Shown: positions 46,239 through 55,550 of the stretch, one piece after another
Position numbering within the stretch: position 1 is the stretch's first letter
Layout of the letters: each line of letters starts with the position of its first letter
Assembly (NCBI GenBank): GCA_025055035.1
Contig: JANWZB010000004.1
Coordinates: 1-58,829 of the forward strand
Direction: 5' to 3'
Source of the DNA: Candidatus Kapaibacterium sp.
GTDB taxonomy: Bacteria; Bacteroidota; Ignavibacteria; Kapaibacteriales; UBA4661
Length of the DNA stretch: 58,829 bases
Translations under genes and position numbers: made by a program
Notes under the pieces: generated by a model
What the model saw: the letters and a program-made list of their open reading frames with translations, nothing else
Told to the model about the DNA's origin: nothing
Database searches by the model: none

Positions 46239-49200
46239 ATGCGACACTCTACGTTCTCTTGCGCCAGTATGCCACAGTTTGTGAGAACAATGCTGTGGCT
46301 TTTTACATTTGTAGCATACTCCGGTTATGCCGCGGCACAACAGCTTTTCATTAGTCAAGTGTCTGACCAATCAACACCACTCAATACCCCTCTCTCGCTA
46401 ATTATCACTATTAGTGACGCCAATCCCAGCACAGTTTTAGTGCTAGGCTTTTCGGATAACCAGACGTTGATTAGCGATAACAATATTGTAATTAGTCAAG
46501 GTGGCAGTCAGCGCCAAGTAACCATCTCACCAACTCCCGGACAAAGCGGGACAACACAGATTACTATCGTCGCAACGAATAGTGGTGGACAAAACACTTC
46601 AATGTCATTCCGTGTTACTGTTGGTGGGGCAAATCTTGCACCAAGTATTAGTTCAATCCCTGCAACCTCAACACCTGCCGGCGTTCCAGTTACCATTCCC
46701 TTTACTATCACCGATGCAAACCCTGCTACTGTGAGCGTTACAGCAAGCGCCGACAATACAGCACTTGTTCCACCAAGCGGTATAGTATTCGGAGGGTTTG
46801 GCTCTTCCCGAACATTGACTATCACACCAAGTATAAGCCTTGTCGGAACCACAGTCATCACGCTCGTAGCAACAAACCAGAGTAATTTCTCTAGCAGAGT
46901 ATCGTTTCCATTCACTGTTATCCAGCCTTCTCCAGCACAAGCTCCTACAATCACAAACATTCCAGACCTTGCCACAGCAGCAGGTACACCCGTTTCGGCA
47001 TTCTTCAATGTCTTCGATATCTCTGGGGCACAAAACGTCAGTGTGCTTACTTTTACTTCAGATCCCAATATTTTACCAACTTCGCGCATTACCATTTCGG
47101 GCACAGGTTCATCCCGACAAATAACGCTTCAGCCGAACCCGGGAACACGGGGACGTGTCGTTGTGCAGCTCCGCGCAACAAACAACGCAGGACTGAGCGC
47201 TTCAACAGCATTTGCACTATTTGTTGTCTTACCAACCGACCCTCCGACTATAGAAGGATTGCGAGACACTGTTCTACCGCAGAATACAACACTTTCTATG
47301 CCCTTTCGGATTATCGATGGCAACCCTGATGCCGTTACCATCACGCCATCTTCAGCATCACCAGATATTGTACCTACTGCTAACATTCAAGTCTCTGGAA
47401 CAGGAATCAACAGAGTACTCACTATTACACCCGCACAAAACCGTGCAGGCGAAGCAATTATCAACATCGCAGTGCGCAATCAAAATAACGTTGCGGGATT
47501 TGGTGTATTTCGCATTGTGTATATCGCCCCACCACGTATTGGACAAATTCCCGCGCTTTCAACACCGATCAACACACCAGTACGTCAAAGCTTTAGTGTC
47601 GAAGATGCAAATGCAAATCTTCTCACGTTCCAGTTTTCTTCGTCGAATCCCGCACTGATTCCGACATCGAATATCAGCATTAGCACGCAAGGGCTGCAGG
47701 GACGCACCTTGACCATCACTCCTGCAACGGGTCAAATTGGTACAGCTACAATTACCATGACCGTCACTAACATCAATGGCCTCTCAACAGCTGTAAGTTT
47801 TCCAGTAACCGTTTTCCAAAACCAAACCCCGCCAAGCATCAGTTCTATTGGCTCAATAACGACTGCACGTAATGTTCCAGTAACCACAATGTTTACTGTG
47901 AGTGATGTAAACCTTGCAAGCCTGCGTTTTACTTTTACTTCATCAAACCCGACAGTATTTCCGCTAACCAATATTCTTGTGAGTGGCTCGGGAACACAAC
48001 GCATTCTTACTCTTACACCAGCGCCAAATCAGATAGGAAGCTCGGTAATTACTGTAACAGTAACGAATGAATTCGGGCTTACAGCACAAACAAGCTTTCT
48101 TGCAACAGTTATAGCGCCCCCAGCACCACCGACGCTGCGTGCCATCGTCAACCTTACGACATTTCGCAATACTCCCGTATCACTTCAGTTTGTCGTCAGT
48201 GATGAAAATTTGTCCACACTGAGAATTACAGCCACATCATCCAATCAGGCTTTGTTCCCTAATACGAATCTGCTTCTTACTGGCACAGGAACGATGCGGA
48301 CTATTACTATGACTCCAGCACTAAACCAGCTTGGTGTGGCCACAATTACCCTTACCGCTATAAATCAGCAAGGACAAACAGCGACACTGGACTTTACTGT
48401 CACTGTCGTACCACAGCCACTTCCACCCACCATTGCACCTATTGGGAACATCACGCTTGGCATCAATCAAACAGCACGGCAACAGTTTGCTGTGAATGAT
48501 CCCCTGGATGTCAACACACTACGGTTCTTGCTAGAGTCGAGTAATACAAGGCTGCAGCCCACAAATCTTTTGCAGATTCTTGGCTCTGGCACAACGCGCA
48601 CACTCGTTGTCTCTCCTATGCCGAATCAAGTTGGGACAAGCGATATCACTATCACAGTAACAAATTCTCAGAATCTAAGCGCCCACACAAGCTTTCGCCT
48701 GACAGTTGTACCGCCACCTATCGTCGGTACATTGTCATCTTCCACCCTTGCAACACGGTCTGGAATAAGCACTAGCGCGGTCATCACTATCGCTGATACA
48801 AGCGGATTTCCTCTAACATTCTCCATTCAAAGCTCTAATCCCTCTCTTGTTCCGATAGAGAATGTTCGAATCGAAGATCTTGGTAATAATCGCTACCGCA
48901 TTATTGCGACACCAGTACAAGGACAAAGCGGTAGAGCACGCATTACTGTTACAATTTCTAACGGCTACTCTTCTGTGGTGCGGGTGATAGATATTGAGGT
49001 TGCTGCACCTATGATTACTCCGCCAAGCACTGTTCCTATCCTGATTGCTCCCTCCAACAACTCCACAGGGTTATCACCAATTTCTAATCGCTTCGTTTGG
49101 TCGAGAGTTCCGGGGGCACTGCTCTATCAAATACAAATTGCTAATGACTCACTCTTTACACTGCTGTACCTCAACAACGATCAGCTGACTGACACTACAT

Positions 49201-49658
49201 GGCTTGTTACAGAGTTTGGAGTTAATCGCCAGTACTTTTGGCGTGTGCGAGCGCGGTTTGGTCTACGCAATGGTGATTGGTCGCCTGTATGGACGTTTAC
49301 TACTGGCAGAGCACGACAAGGCGGACTGCTGACACAGCTCGCAACTCCTACGTCTCCCGACATGTACACTCACCACACAGCACCTGAACACGGTGGCATA
49401 ACACGCCTTTGTGCTACTGTCCCAAATCCATTTAGTGGAACAACCCGCATAGAATATGAACTTGCCGATGAAATGCCTATTCTACTGCAGATTACCGACG
49501 CTTTGGGCACTATTGTCAGTGAGCTTGTTCATGGCACTCAGCAGCGAGGCGCTCATATTCTTGAATTCTCTGCACATCATCTTCCTTCAGGTATCTATTG
49601 GTGTACTCTATACACACCTTACGCTGTCTATCGCCAAAAAATGCTGCTGCAACGATAA
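46239..49658 (+). CDS. giant surface protein: nine tandem Ig-like repeats, an FN3-like module, T9SS type-A CTD
   Basis: Signal MLWLFTFVAYSGYAAAQ. Repeats share PP(S/T)I..I......PV...F.V.D.N...L.F...SSN..L.P..NI..SG.G..R.LT.TP...Q.G...IT.TVTN. C-terminus VPNPFSGTTRIEYEL...SGIYWCTLY. Confidence 0.8.
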   Translation: MRHSTFSCASMPQFVRTMLWLFTFVAYSGYAAAQQLFISQVSDQSTPLNTPLSLIITISDANPSTVLVLGFSDNQTLISDNNIVISQGGSQRQVTISPTPGQSGTTQITIVATNSGGQNTSMSFRVTVGGANLAPSISSIPATSTPAGVPVTIPFTITDANPATVSVTASADNTALVPPSGIVFGGFGSSRTLTITPSISLVGTTVITLVATNQSNFSSRVSFPFTVIQPSPAQAPTITNIPDLATAAGTPVSAFFNVFDISGAQNVSVLTFTSDPNILPTSRITISGTGSSRQITLQPNPGTRGRVVVQLRATNNAGLSASTAFALFVVLPTDPPTIEGLRDTVLPQNTTLSMPFRIIDGNPDAVTITPSSASPDIVPTANIQVSGTGINRVLTITPAQNRAGEAIINIAVRNQNNVAGFGVFRIVYIAPPRIGQIPALSTPINTPVRQSFSVEDANANLLTFQFSSSNPALIPTSNISISTQGLQGRTLTITPATGQIGTATITMTVTNINGLSTAVSFPVTVFQNQTPPSISSIGSITTARNVPVTTMFTVSDVNLASLRFTFTSSNPTVFPLTNILVSGSGTQRILTLTPAPNQIGSSVITVTVTNEFGLTAQTSFLATVIAPPAPPTLRAIVNLTTFRNTPVSLQFVVSDENLSTLRITATSSNQALFPNTNLLLTGTGTMRTITMTPALNQLGVATITLTAINQQGQTATLDFTVTVVPQPLPPTIAPIGNITLGINQTARQQFAVNDPLDVNTLRFLLESSNTRLQPTNLLQILGSGTTRTLVVSPMPNQVGTSDITITVTNSQNLSAHTSFRLTVVPPPIVGTLSSSTLATRSGISTSAVITIADTSGFPLTFSIQSSNPSLVPIENVRIEDLGNNRYRIIATPVQGQSGRARITVTISNGYSSVVRVIDIEVAAPMITPPSTVPILIAPSNNSTGLSPISNRFVWSRVPGALLYQIQIANDSLFTLLYLNNDQLTDTTWLVTEFGVNRQYFWRVRARFGLRNGDWSPVWTFTTGRARQGGLLTQLATPTSPDMYTHHTAPEHGGITRLCATVPNPFSGTTRIEYELADEMPILLQITDALGTIVSELVHGTQQRGAHILEFSAHHLPSGIYWCTLYTPYAVYRQKMLLQR
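46341..49010 (+). repeat. nine tandem ~95-100-codon coding repeats (period about 290 bp)
   Basis: Repeat boundaries were read from the translation (R1 QLFISQVSD... to R9 ...VIDIEVAAP). The repeats are diverged at the protein level and are not identical DNA copies. Confidence 0.8.
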
Positions 49659-49711
49659 CGATAATGTGAAAAAACATCAACGAATAGTCGAGAAGAGAGT
49701 ACTACAAAAGA

Positions 49712-49748
49712 AAACCGTCGGAGCTCCATATGGAAATTCCGACGGTTT
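49712..49748. terminator. bidirectional intrinsic terminator between the adhesin gene (+) and rpmG (-)
   Basis: aaaccgtcgga / 15-nt loop / tccgacggttt (11-bp perfect stem). Plus side is followed by cccattttt; the minus side is followed by tcttttg. Confidence 0.65.
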
Positions 49749-49859
49749 CCCATTTTTCACTATACTAGCTCTGTGCTTTTGCTAAGAGTCATGTACTTTT
49801 TGTGCTCCTACCTTTCTCAGAAGGAGCCATTCAGAAAGCGTACGGAGCACTGAATTTGC

Positions 49860-50039
49860 TTATTTCACTTCCTTATGAAGTGTATGGCGTCGCAGAAAAG
49901 GGTTATACTTTTTCAGCTCAAGGCGGTCGGGGGTATTCGTTTTATTTTTTTCCGTTGTGTAGCGTGAGGCAGGTTTGCCTTCTTTTTTTGCTTCAGTACA
50001 TTCAAGCGTTACAATCACGCGTGCAGTTTTTTTCGCCAT
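49860..50039 (-). CDS. rpmG: 50S ribosomal protein L33 (59 aa; below the ORF-track cut-off)
   Basis: Hand translation: [59 protein letters not shown]. This is the canonical L33 pattern (RxxxxLxC...YxTxKNK...PxxLELxKYxPxxRxHxxHxE). It has a single Cys, so it is the zinc-free form. Confidence 0.9.
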   Translation of the reverse strand: MAKKTARVIVTLECTEAKKEGKPASRYTTEKNKTNTPDRLELKKYNPFLRRHTLHKEVK

Positions 50040-50167
50040 AACACGTTTTCAAAAGTTACTGAAAGAATGAGCTCTGCACAATTACTGTTTTTGATAACAG
50101 TATATCTTACAACAATACAACAAAAACCGTTCTTTTCCAAATAGAAAGTTGCTACGTTTGCTCACGA

Positions 50168-50207
50168 AAATAGGCTGACAAGAAGGAGTAACCTTTCCTA
50201 TCAGCCT
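50168..50207 (-). terminator. candidate terminator hairpin after the TPR gene
   Basis: On the minus strand, aggctga...tcagcct with inner pairing aagg/cctt, followed by attttcg. Imperfect stem. Confidence 0.4.
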
Positions 50208-50254
50208 GCCAGCAAGACTACAGACTACAGAGAACAAGGAGCAAAGTACTACAA

Positions 50255-51037
50255 CTATTTTGCTGCCCATTCCTTGAGCAGAGCATTTGCCTCAGCCTTT
50301 CGTGCAGCATCACCCGATTCCATTTCTTTGCCACCAGCAGCTTTCTGAGCGTACTGTTTTGCTTCGGCAAATTGGTTATTCGCAGCGAGGGCTTTGGCAT
50401 ATTCAAGGTTGTACATAATAAAGTCACCACGCAAATCAACGGCTTTTTTGAGATGCTTGAGTGCATCATCAAGGTTGCCCCATCCCAGACCAACAAGCAT
50501 ACGCTTTGCTTTTGCTGTCTCCGAGAGTTTAAGGTGTGTGCGCCCTAGAATATAGTGGGCTGCTGCAAGAGCTTGCGGGGTAGCATTATTAAGGGCAATT
50601 GCCTTCTCAGCATCTTCGCGAGCCGATTTAACTTGTTCTGCAGCCCCGAGAACACCTTTCGTCAAAGCAACCTTACCCGATGCTGCAGCACGTCGAATAT
50701 ACCCGTACATACCGTTTGGGTTCAGCTTAAGCGCTTCATCAGCAAGGCGCTTTGCTTCGTAGTACATTGCCTCTTTCTTTGCATTGTCATTTTCTAAGTC
50801 TGCCTGCAACAACATCACACGTGATGAACGCCACAGCCATTCATAATCTTTAATGCCCGCATTATACACAGCATCAAGTGCTTTGCGGGCTTCCGCTACC
50901 TTACCTTCTTCGAGCAAATTATCAACTGTCGCACATGCTGCTTTAACATCTTGGGCAACACTATGGACTGTACTATATGACAATACAGCTAGCGCTACAA
51001 GCGCTCCTATACTCCAATGTTGAATATTAGCCTTCAC
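50255..51037 (-). CDS. secreted tetratricopeptide-repeat protein
   Basis: GTG 51037 lies 5 nt after AGGAGG and gives (M)KANIQHWSIGALVALAVLSYSTVHSVAQD, a signal peptide. TPR-like helices run throughout (AEARKALDAVYNAG, YEAKRLADEALKLNPN, AEAKQYAQKA). Confidence 0.75.
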   Translation of the reverse strand: MKANIQHWSIGALVALAVLSYSTVHSVAQDVKAACATVDNLLEEGKVAEARKALDAVYNAGIKDYEWLWRSSRVMLLQADLENDNAKKEAMYYEAKRLADEALKLNPNGMYGYIRRAAASGKVALTKGVLGAAEQVKSAREDAEKAIALNNATPQALAAAHYILGRTHLKLSETAKAKRMLVGLGWGNLDDALKHLKKAVDLRGDFIMYNLEYAKALAANNQFAEAKQYAQKAAGGKEMESGDAARKAEANALLKEWAAK

Positions 51038-51363
51038 AAGCTCCTCCTGAGAATACAATAACACGTGGAATGAGAAAGTGGATTACATTCATAAGGAAAG
51101 ATACGCGGCGGTGTATTATATGTAGAAGGATAGTGCAAAAATACACTCTTCGCGTAAGAAGCAAAGAAAATTTTTCAGAAATGCGCACACCTAAAGATTT
51201 TTCTTGAAAGGACGCCATTTATTCACAATATTGCTATACGTATTGCTCAGGCAGTTAGAAATTCACTGACAGTGCTTGGTTTAATCTGAATAAATACCTT
51301 AAATATCTGTCGCCAGAGAACTTGTGTGTTGTTTTCTTTCACCATCTCTATCTAGGAGGTTGT

Positions 51364-52404
51364 ATGATGCATCGCTCTGTACGTAGTGTCCTTCTACTTA
51401 TGCTATTATACTTCAGTGTTAGCTTGGGCATAAGCTACGCCCAACGCGAGCAAGCGAGTATTCGATATGAGGTGTTCGGACCCCGCACTATTCCGAGCGC
51501 TACTCCAAGCTTGTTTAACGGAGCAACCATTACTGGCTCTCTTTTTACCCTTGCTGGCGGTTTTCAGACACAACTCGACCGCGACGGTACAATGATTTTA
51601 AGCAATCAGCTGGTCTACCGCAATGCTTTTGCTACATTCCCTATTGCCAAAAACCCCACAACCCAAGATTTTACTTACGGTTCTATCACTGGACACGCAA
51701 TCTACTACGAAGGTGTCTATCTCCAGACGCTTTCCGAAAAATTCCAACTTGCTCTAGCACTACGCGCAGGGTTATTTTCTGACCTCAATAACATTGATAT
51801 TTCTCATTTCCGTGCCGAACCGCTCTTTTTTCTCGATTACTTCCTCAATGAGCAACTTACCCTGGGTCTAGGCTTCGTGTACAATACTAGCAACTTTGGT
51901 CGTCTCATCAGCGTTCCTCTCCTTCATATCTACTGGATTCCCTCTTCAGAAATACTGCTCGACGCTTTAGTACCAACACGGCTCGATTTATGGTATTATC
52001 CATCAAAGCAGTGGGACCTTGGTTTGAGCGTCGTCCTGAATGGCTCGCAGTTTCAGCTTGGTCGAGCACCTGGCATTATTGGTATTGACCGCACTGACCC
52101 TTCCGATAACTCATTCAAACGCGTTGCCGATATTAACCAACTGTTTTTTGCCAATGCTACTATCGGTCCCAATATCCGCTATAATCTTTTTGAAAAAACA
52201 TACGTTTCGATTGAAGGTGGATACTCAATTGTGCGACGTTTTGGCTTCGATGCTGGTTCTCCAGTAGGTACTGGATATGTTCCTGCTCGCACCGCTGCTG
52301 GTGAAGGATACGGAGATACAAACTATATTGTGAGCTACCTACGAGGATTTGATTTTGCCGTCAATACATGGTTCTTACGACTCGGCATGCAAATTATGTA
52401 TTAA
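51364..52404 (+). CDS. hypothetical outer-membrane beta-barrel-like protein
   Basis: AGGAGG at 51353-51358 precedes ATG 51364. Signal LLLMLLYFSVSLGISYAQ. Alternating aromatic strands. C-terminus WFLRLGMQIMY. Confidence 0.55.
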   Translation: MMHRSVRSVLLLMLLYFSVSLGISYAQREQASIRYEVFGPRTIPSATPSLFNGATITGSLFTLAGGFQTQLDRDGTMILSNQLVYRNAFATFPIAKNPTTQDFTYGSITGHAIYYEGVYLQTLSEKFQLALALRAGLFSDLNNIDISHFRAEPLFFLDYFLNEQLTLGLGFVYNTSNFGRLISVPLLHIYWIPSSEILLDALVPTRLDLWYYPSKQWDLGLSVVLNGSQFQLGRAPGIIGIDRTDPSDNSFKRVADINQLFFANATIGPNIRYNLFEKTYVSIEGGYSIVRRFGFDAGSPVGTGYVPARTAAGEGYGDTNYIVSYLRGFDFAVNTWFLRLGMQIMY

Positions 52405-52450
52405 CTCGCTCAACAACGAGTGTGTACTATCTTCGACCGAATGCACAATA

Positions 52451-52492
52451 AAAAAATTCCCTGTATCGCTTGAGCGATACAGGGAATTTTTT
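52451..52492. terminator. bidirectional intrinsic terminator (convergent OMP gene and rpmB)
   Basis: aaaaaattccctgtatcgc-ttga-gcgatacagggaatttttt: a perfect 19-bp stem with a GC-rich core flanked by A6/T6. Confidence 0.85.
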
Positions 52493-52526
52493 CTCACCAT
52501 TCTCACCAAAGAACTCGTGTAGATTG

Positions 52527-52763
52527 CTAGGATAATAGACCCTTCGCTTTTGCCTCTTTCATGACAGCAATGTAGCCTTTTTTATCTAGAGTACGTATAG
52601 CGCGTGTGGACAGCTTAAGACGTACAAACCTTCCTTCTTCTGGAATCCAAATCCGTTTTTTCTGAAGATTCGGTAGAAATCGACGGCGCGTCTTATTATT
52701 CGCGTGCGATACATGATTTCCGTATTGTACGGTTTTTCCTGTAATTTGGCAAACTTTCGACAT
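52527..52763 (-). CDS. rpmB: 50S ribosomal protein L28
   Basis: ATG 52763 gives [39 protein letters not shown]...; canonical L28. Confidence 0.92.
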   Translation of the reverse strand: MSKVCQITGKTVQYGNHVSHANNKTRRRFLPNLQKKRIWIPEEGRFVRLKLSTRAIRTLDKKGYIAVMKEAKAKGLLS

Positions 52764-52917
52764 GATGAAGTGTACGTAAACGGTAAATAGATTGTGTATT
52801 TGTGCGGACAGCAAATATATGTATTTTTTGTTACAGACACAACTTTTCATTTTTATGCATTGCTGCATCTTTTTGGATGCACCACTATATACTTTGTAGA
52901 ATCACTATTTCTACACT

Positions 52918-53925
52918 ATGCTCCCTGTCTTTGACCTTCATTGCGACCTATTATCTTATATGACCACTGTCCCTGATGCTGACCCTTTCTCTTCGGACGA
53001 CATTGGCTCTTCACTTATATCACTACGGCGTGGGTATGTACAGTTTCAAATCATGGCGCTTTTTTCACCAACTGAGCCGGGAAGCACCGAGAGCGGCATC
53101 CGCCAAAGCGTTGCATTCTGCGAGCTTCTCAGCACATACCCTGAGTATGTACAACATATCGAGGAACTTCAGAACTGGCAAGATGCTCTGACCTCGCCAC
53201 GCACAACGATTGCTGCAGCAATTGAGAATGCTTCTGTATTTTGTGAAGAAGATGACACACTAGATGATGGGTTAGAACTTTTTGAGCAGCTTGCCGCTAC
53301 GACTGGAGGTATTGTGTATGTTTCATTAACCCATAATGACGAAAACCGCTTCGGTGGTGGCAATGGTGCTCCTAGCGTCGGATTGAAACCTGATGGAGAA
53401 ATCATCTTGGAGTATATCAGCGGTAGAAATATTGCTCTTGACCTTGCACATGCAAGCGATACACTAGCATGGGATGTCATCGAATACATTGATGCACATG
53501 CTCTCGACATACCCGTCATTGCTAGCCATTCTAATTTTCGCTCTGTCTATACCCATGAGCGTAACCTCCCCGATGGTATTGCTCAGGAAATTATCGCGCG
53601 TGGTGGACTTATCGGTATTAATTTCTACCGAGATTTTGTTCACCACACGCATCCTGAAGTACTCTACGAGCACATCCTCCACGGAATTAGACAAGGAGGT
53701 AGCTATGCTCTAGCATTTGGCTCAGATTTCTTCTTCTCACCTTCGGGTGAACACAGTGACACGAGCTCACGAGAACGCTGGAATCAGGACTTCTTTTACG
53801 ACCATCGCAACTCAGCGCAATTCCCCTATATTCTCGAGCAGCTTCGATCTTTTCTTACAGACGAAGAACTTCACCGCCTCGCATACGCCAACGCCTATAC
53901 CTTTATGCAATACCTCTTGGGCTAG
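52918..53925 (+). CDS. M19-family (renal-type) dipeptidase
   Basis: VFDLHCDLL (HxD metal site), VSLTHNDENRFG, IASHSNFRSVYTHERNLPDGIAQEI, GGLIGINF. Confidence 0.8.
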   Translation: MLPVFDLHCDLLSYMTTVPDADPFSSDDIGSSLISLRRGYVQFQIMALFSPTEPGSTESGIRQSVAFCELLSTYPEYVQHIEELQNWQDALTSPRTTIAAAIENASVFCEEDDTLDDGLELFEQLAATTGGIVYVSLTHNDENRFGGGNGAPSVGLKPDGEIILEYISGRNIALDLAHASDTLAWDVIEYIDAHALDIPVIASHSNFRSVYTHERNLPDGIAQEIIARGGLIGINFYRDFVHHTHPEVLYEHILHGIRQGGSYALAFGSDFFFSPSGEHSDTSSRERWNQDFFYDHRNSAQFPYILEQLRSFLTDEELHRLAYANAYTFMQYLLG

Positions 53926-54036
53926 TGTTCGAATCATATACCACATAGCCTGTATAAACCAACGACCACTATACACAAGTCATCGTCTGAAGCTATGAGA
54001 TTGTTTCTTAGCTAAGAATGCTTCACTATAACGCAA

Positions 54037-54750
54037 CTATGCAATGTTGTGAAATACATTCTGTACGTCTTCATCCTCTTCAATCCGCTCTATCAATTTG
54101 GCAACATCGTCCATCTGTTCTTCACTCAGAGTGATAGTTGTGTTTGGAATGCGCTGAAGCTCAGCACTTTGGACATCGATTCCTTTGTCTTCTAGAGTTT
54201 TCTGCATTTTCGCAAAGCCTTCGAAGTCCGTGTATGCGATAATAACACCTTCGTCATCATCAACGTCAACATCTTCGGCTCCAGCATCGATCAGGTCTAG
54301 CTCAAGCTCATCTAGCGGTTTTCCTGCTGGATTGATTTTGAACACTCCTTTACGCTGAAACATGAATTCCAGAGCACCTGCTGTCGCGAGCGAGCCACCA
54401 AACTTATTAAAGTAGCTGCGAATGTTAGCAACGGTGCGATTCGGATTATCTGTTGCAGCTTCGATGACCAACGCCACGCCGTGCGGTGCATACCCTTCGT
54501 ACACCACTTCTTGCAGATTCTCAGCATCTTTGCCACAAGCACGCTTAATTGCAGCCTCCACACGGTCTTTGGGCATTGCATGTGTTTTTGCATTCTGTAT
54601 TGCTGCCCGCAAGCGGGGATTCGCATCAGGATTTGGTCCACCAAGCTTTACCGCGATCGAAATCTCCTTGCCGATGCGGGTAAATGTCTTTGCCATTCTG
54701 TCGAAGCGGGCAAACATCTTGTACTTGCGCTTTTCAAAAATTCGACCCAT
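54037..54750 (-). CDS. YebC/PmpR-family transcriptional regulator
   Basis: MGRIFEKRKYKMFARFDRMAKTFTRIGKEISIAVKLGGPNPDANPRLRAAIQNAKTHAMPKD; full-length family match by eye. Confidence 0.92.
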   Translation of the reverse strand: MGRIFEKRKYKMFARFDRMAKTFTRIGKEISIAVKLGGPNPDANPRLRAAIQNAKTHAMPKDRVEAAIKRACGKDAENLQEVVYEGYAPHGVALVIEAATDNPNRTVANIRSYFNKFGGSLATAGALEFMFQRKGVFKINPAGKPLDELELDLIDAGAEDVDVDDDEGVIIAYTDFEGFAKMQKTLEDKGIDVQSAELQRIPNTTITLSEEQMDDVAKLIERIEEDEDVQNVFHNIA

Positions 54751-54857
54751 ACCTTCTTGCACAATGGTGAAACAATCAGAGGTGAGTGTACATTTTGCGA
54801 ACGCAAAATACAGAATTTTTCCAATACGCTCCCTGAGAAATACCGATTACGTCTACC

Positions 54858-55520
54858 TTACACTGATAATATACCGTCAAAGCTCTCTAGAATACGGTCT
54901 GCGTATTTAACAACATCGGGACGATAGATATTTTCGGTAAGGACATAAAACATATCACACTCACCACTACGCCGCAATTGATAATCGCTGAAGCCATCAC
55001 CACTACTCAGGCGCGGTGATGGGAGCTGCAACGAATGCAACAACTTGGTTTTCCCGTCTTCTTGGGATAACAGATTAGTACTATCCGCACCAACAATATT
55101 TCCTATTTCATCGAATACAAATGTATTAGCAAAAATATGCTCGGCTCTAAATCCGAATGGTATCATCACAGGCACGATAAATTCTCGGAATCCTCCCGAC
55201 ACGATATACAGGCGATCTCGATTATTCCGAAACCATACGCGATTGCGCATAAATGACGGTGTCAGCTTACGTCGTAATACACACACAAGCTCTTCTATAT
55301 GCTCCTTTCGAGCTTGCAGAAGCTGAATGCGCTGAGTGAGTGCATCATCGAACCGCAGAGTGCCACACATTGCTTTATTTGTTAGGTCAGCAATTGCCTG
55401 CACACGTGCTGCTCGGTCAGGAGAGTTGCGTAATGCGATATATGCCAGGTCTTCGAGGGATTCACTCTGTACGAGCGTCGAGTCAAAATCAAGAATAATC
55501 GTTGCAAACTGTGGCACCAT
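54858..55520 (-). CDS. HAD-IB hydrolase (phosphoserine-phosphatase-like)
   Basis: ILDFDSTLV (DxDxT nucleophile motif), IVSGGFREF, a KxK region, SGDGFSD. Substrate not assignable from sequence. Confidence 0.7.
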   Translation of the reverse strand: MVPQFATIILDFDSTLVQSESLEDLAYIALRNSPDRAARVQAIADLTNKAMCGTLRFDDALTQRIQLLQARKEHIEELVCVLRRKLTPSFMRNRVWFRNNRDRLYIVSGGFREFIVPVMIPFGFRAEHIFANTFVFDEIGNIVGADSTNLLSQEDGKTKLLHSLQLPSPRLSSGDGFSDYQLRRSGECDMFYVLTENIYRPDVVKYADRILESFDGILSV

Positions 55521-55550
55521 ACCTGCTCTATTATTCGATGCTGCGAACTT

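Noticed and set aside
46341-49010. Regular ~290-bp periodicity considered as a possible CRISPR-like or satellite array
   Set aside because: The period is far too long, the units are diverged, and the whole stretch is one continuous ORF encoding Ig-like domains. No short identical repeats with unique spacers were seen anywhere in the window.
46508-49369. Long antisense and alternate-frame ORFs inside the giant repeat protein (for example 46508..47104 -, 46668..47033 -, 47732..48004 -)
   Set aside because: They are shadows of the strongly biased, repetitive coding sequence, with no independent start or RBS context.
49802-50041. 79-aa plus-strand ORF in the gap after the adhesin gene
   Set aside because: It is exactly antisense to a canonical L33 coding sequence (49860..50039, minus strand).
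53925-53945. gtgttcgaatcat, resembling a tRNA T-arm (GGTTCGAATCC)
   Set aside because: No acceptor, D or anticodon stems can be drawn in the flanking sequence. It is only a partial T-loop match.
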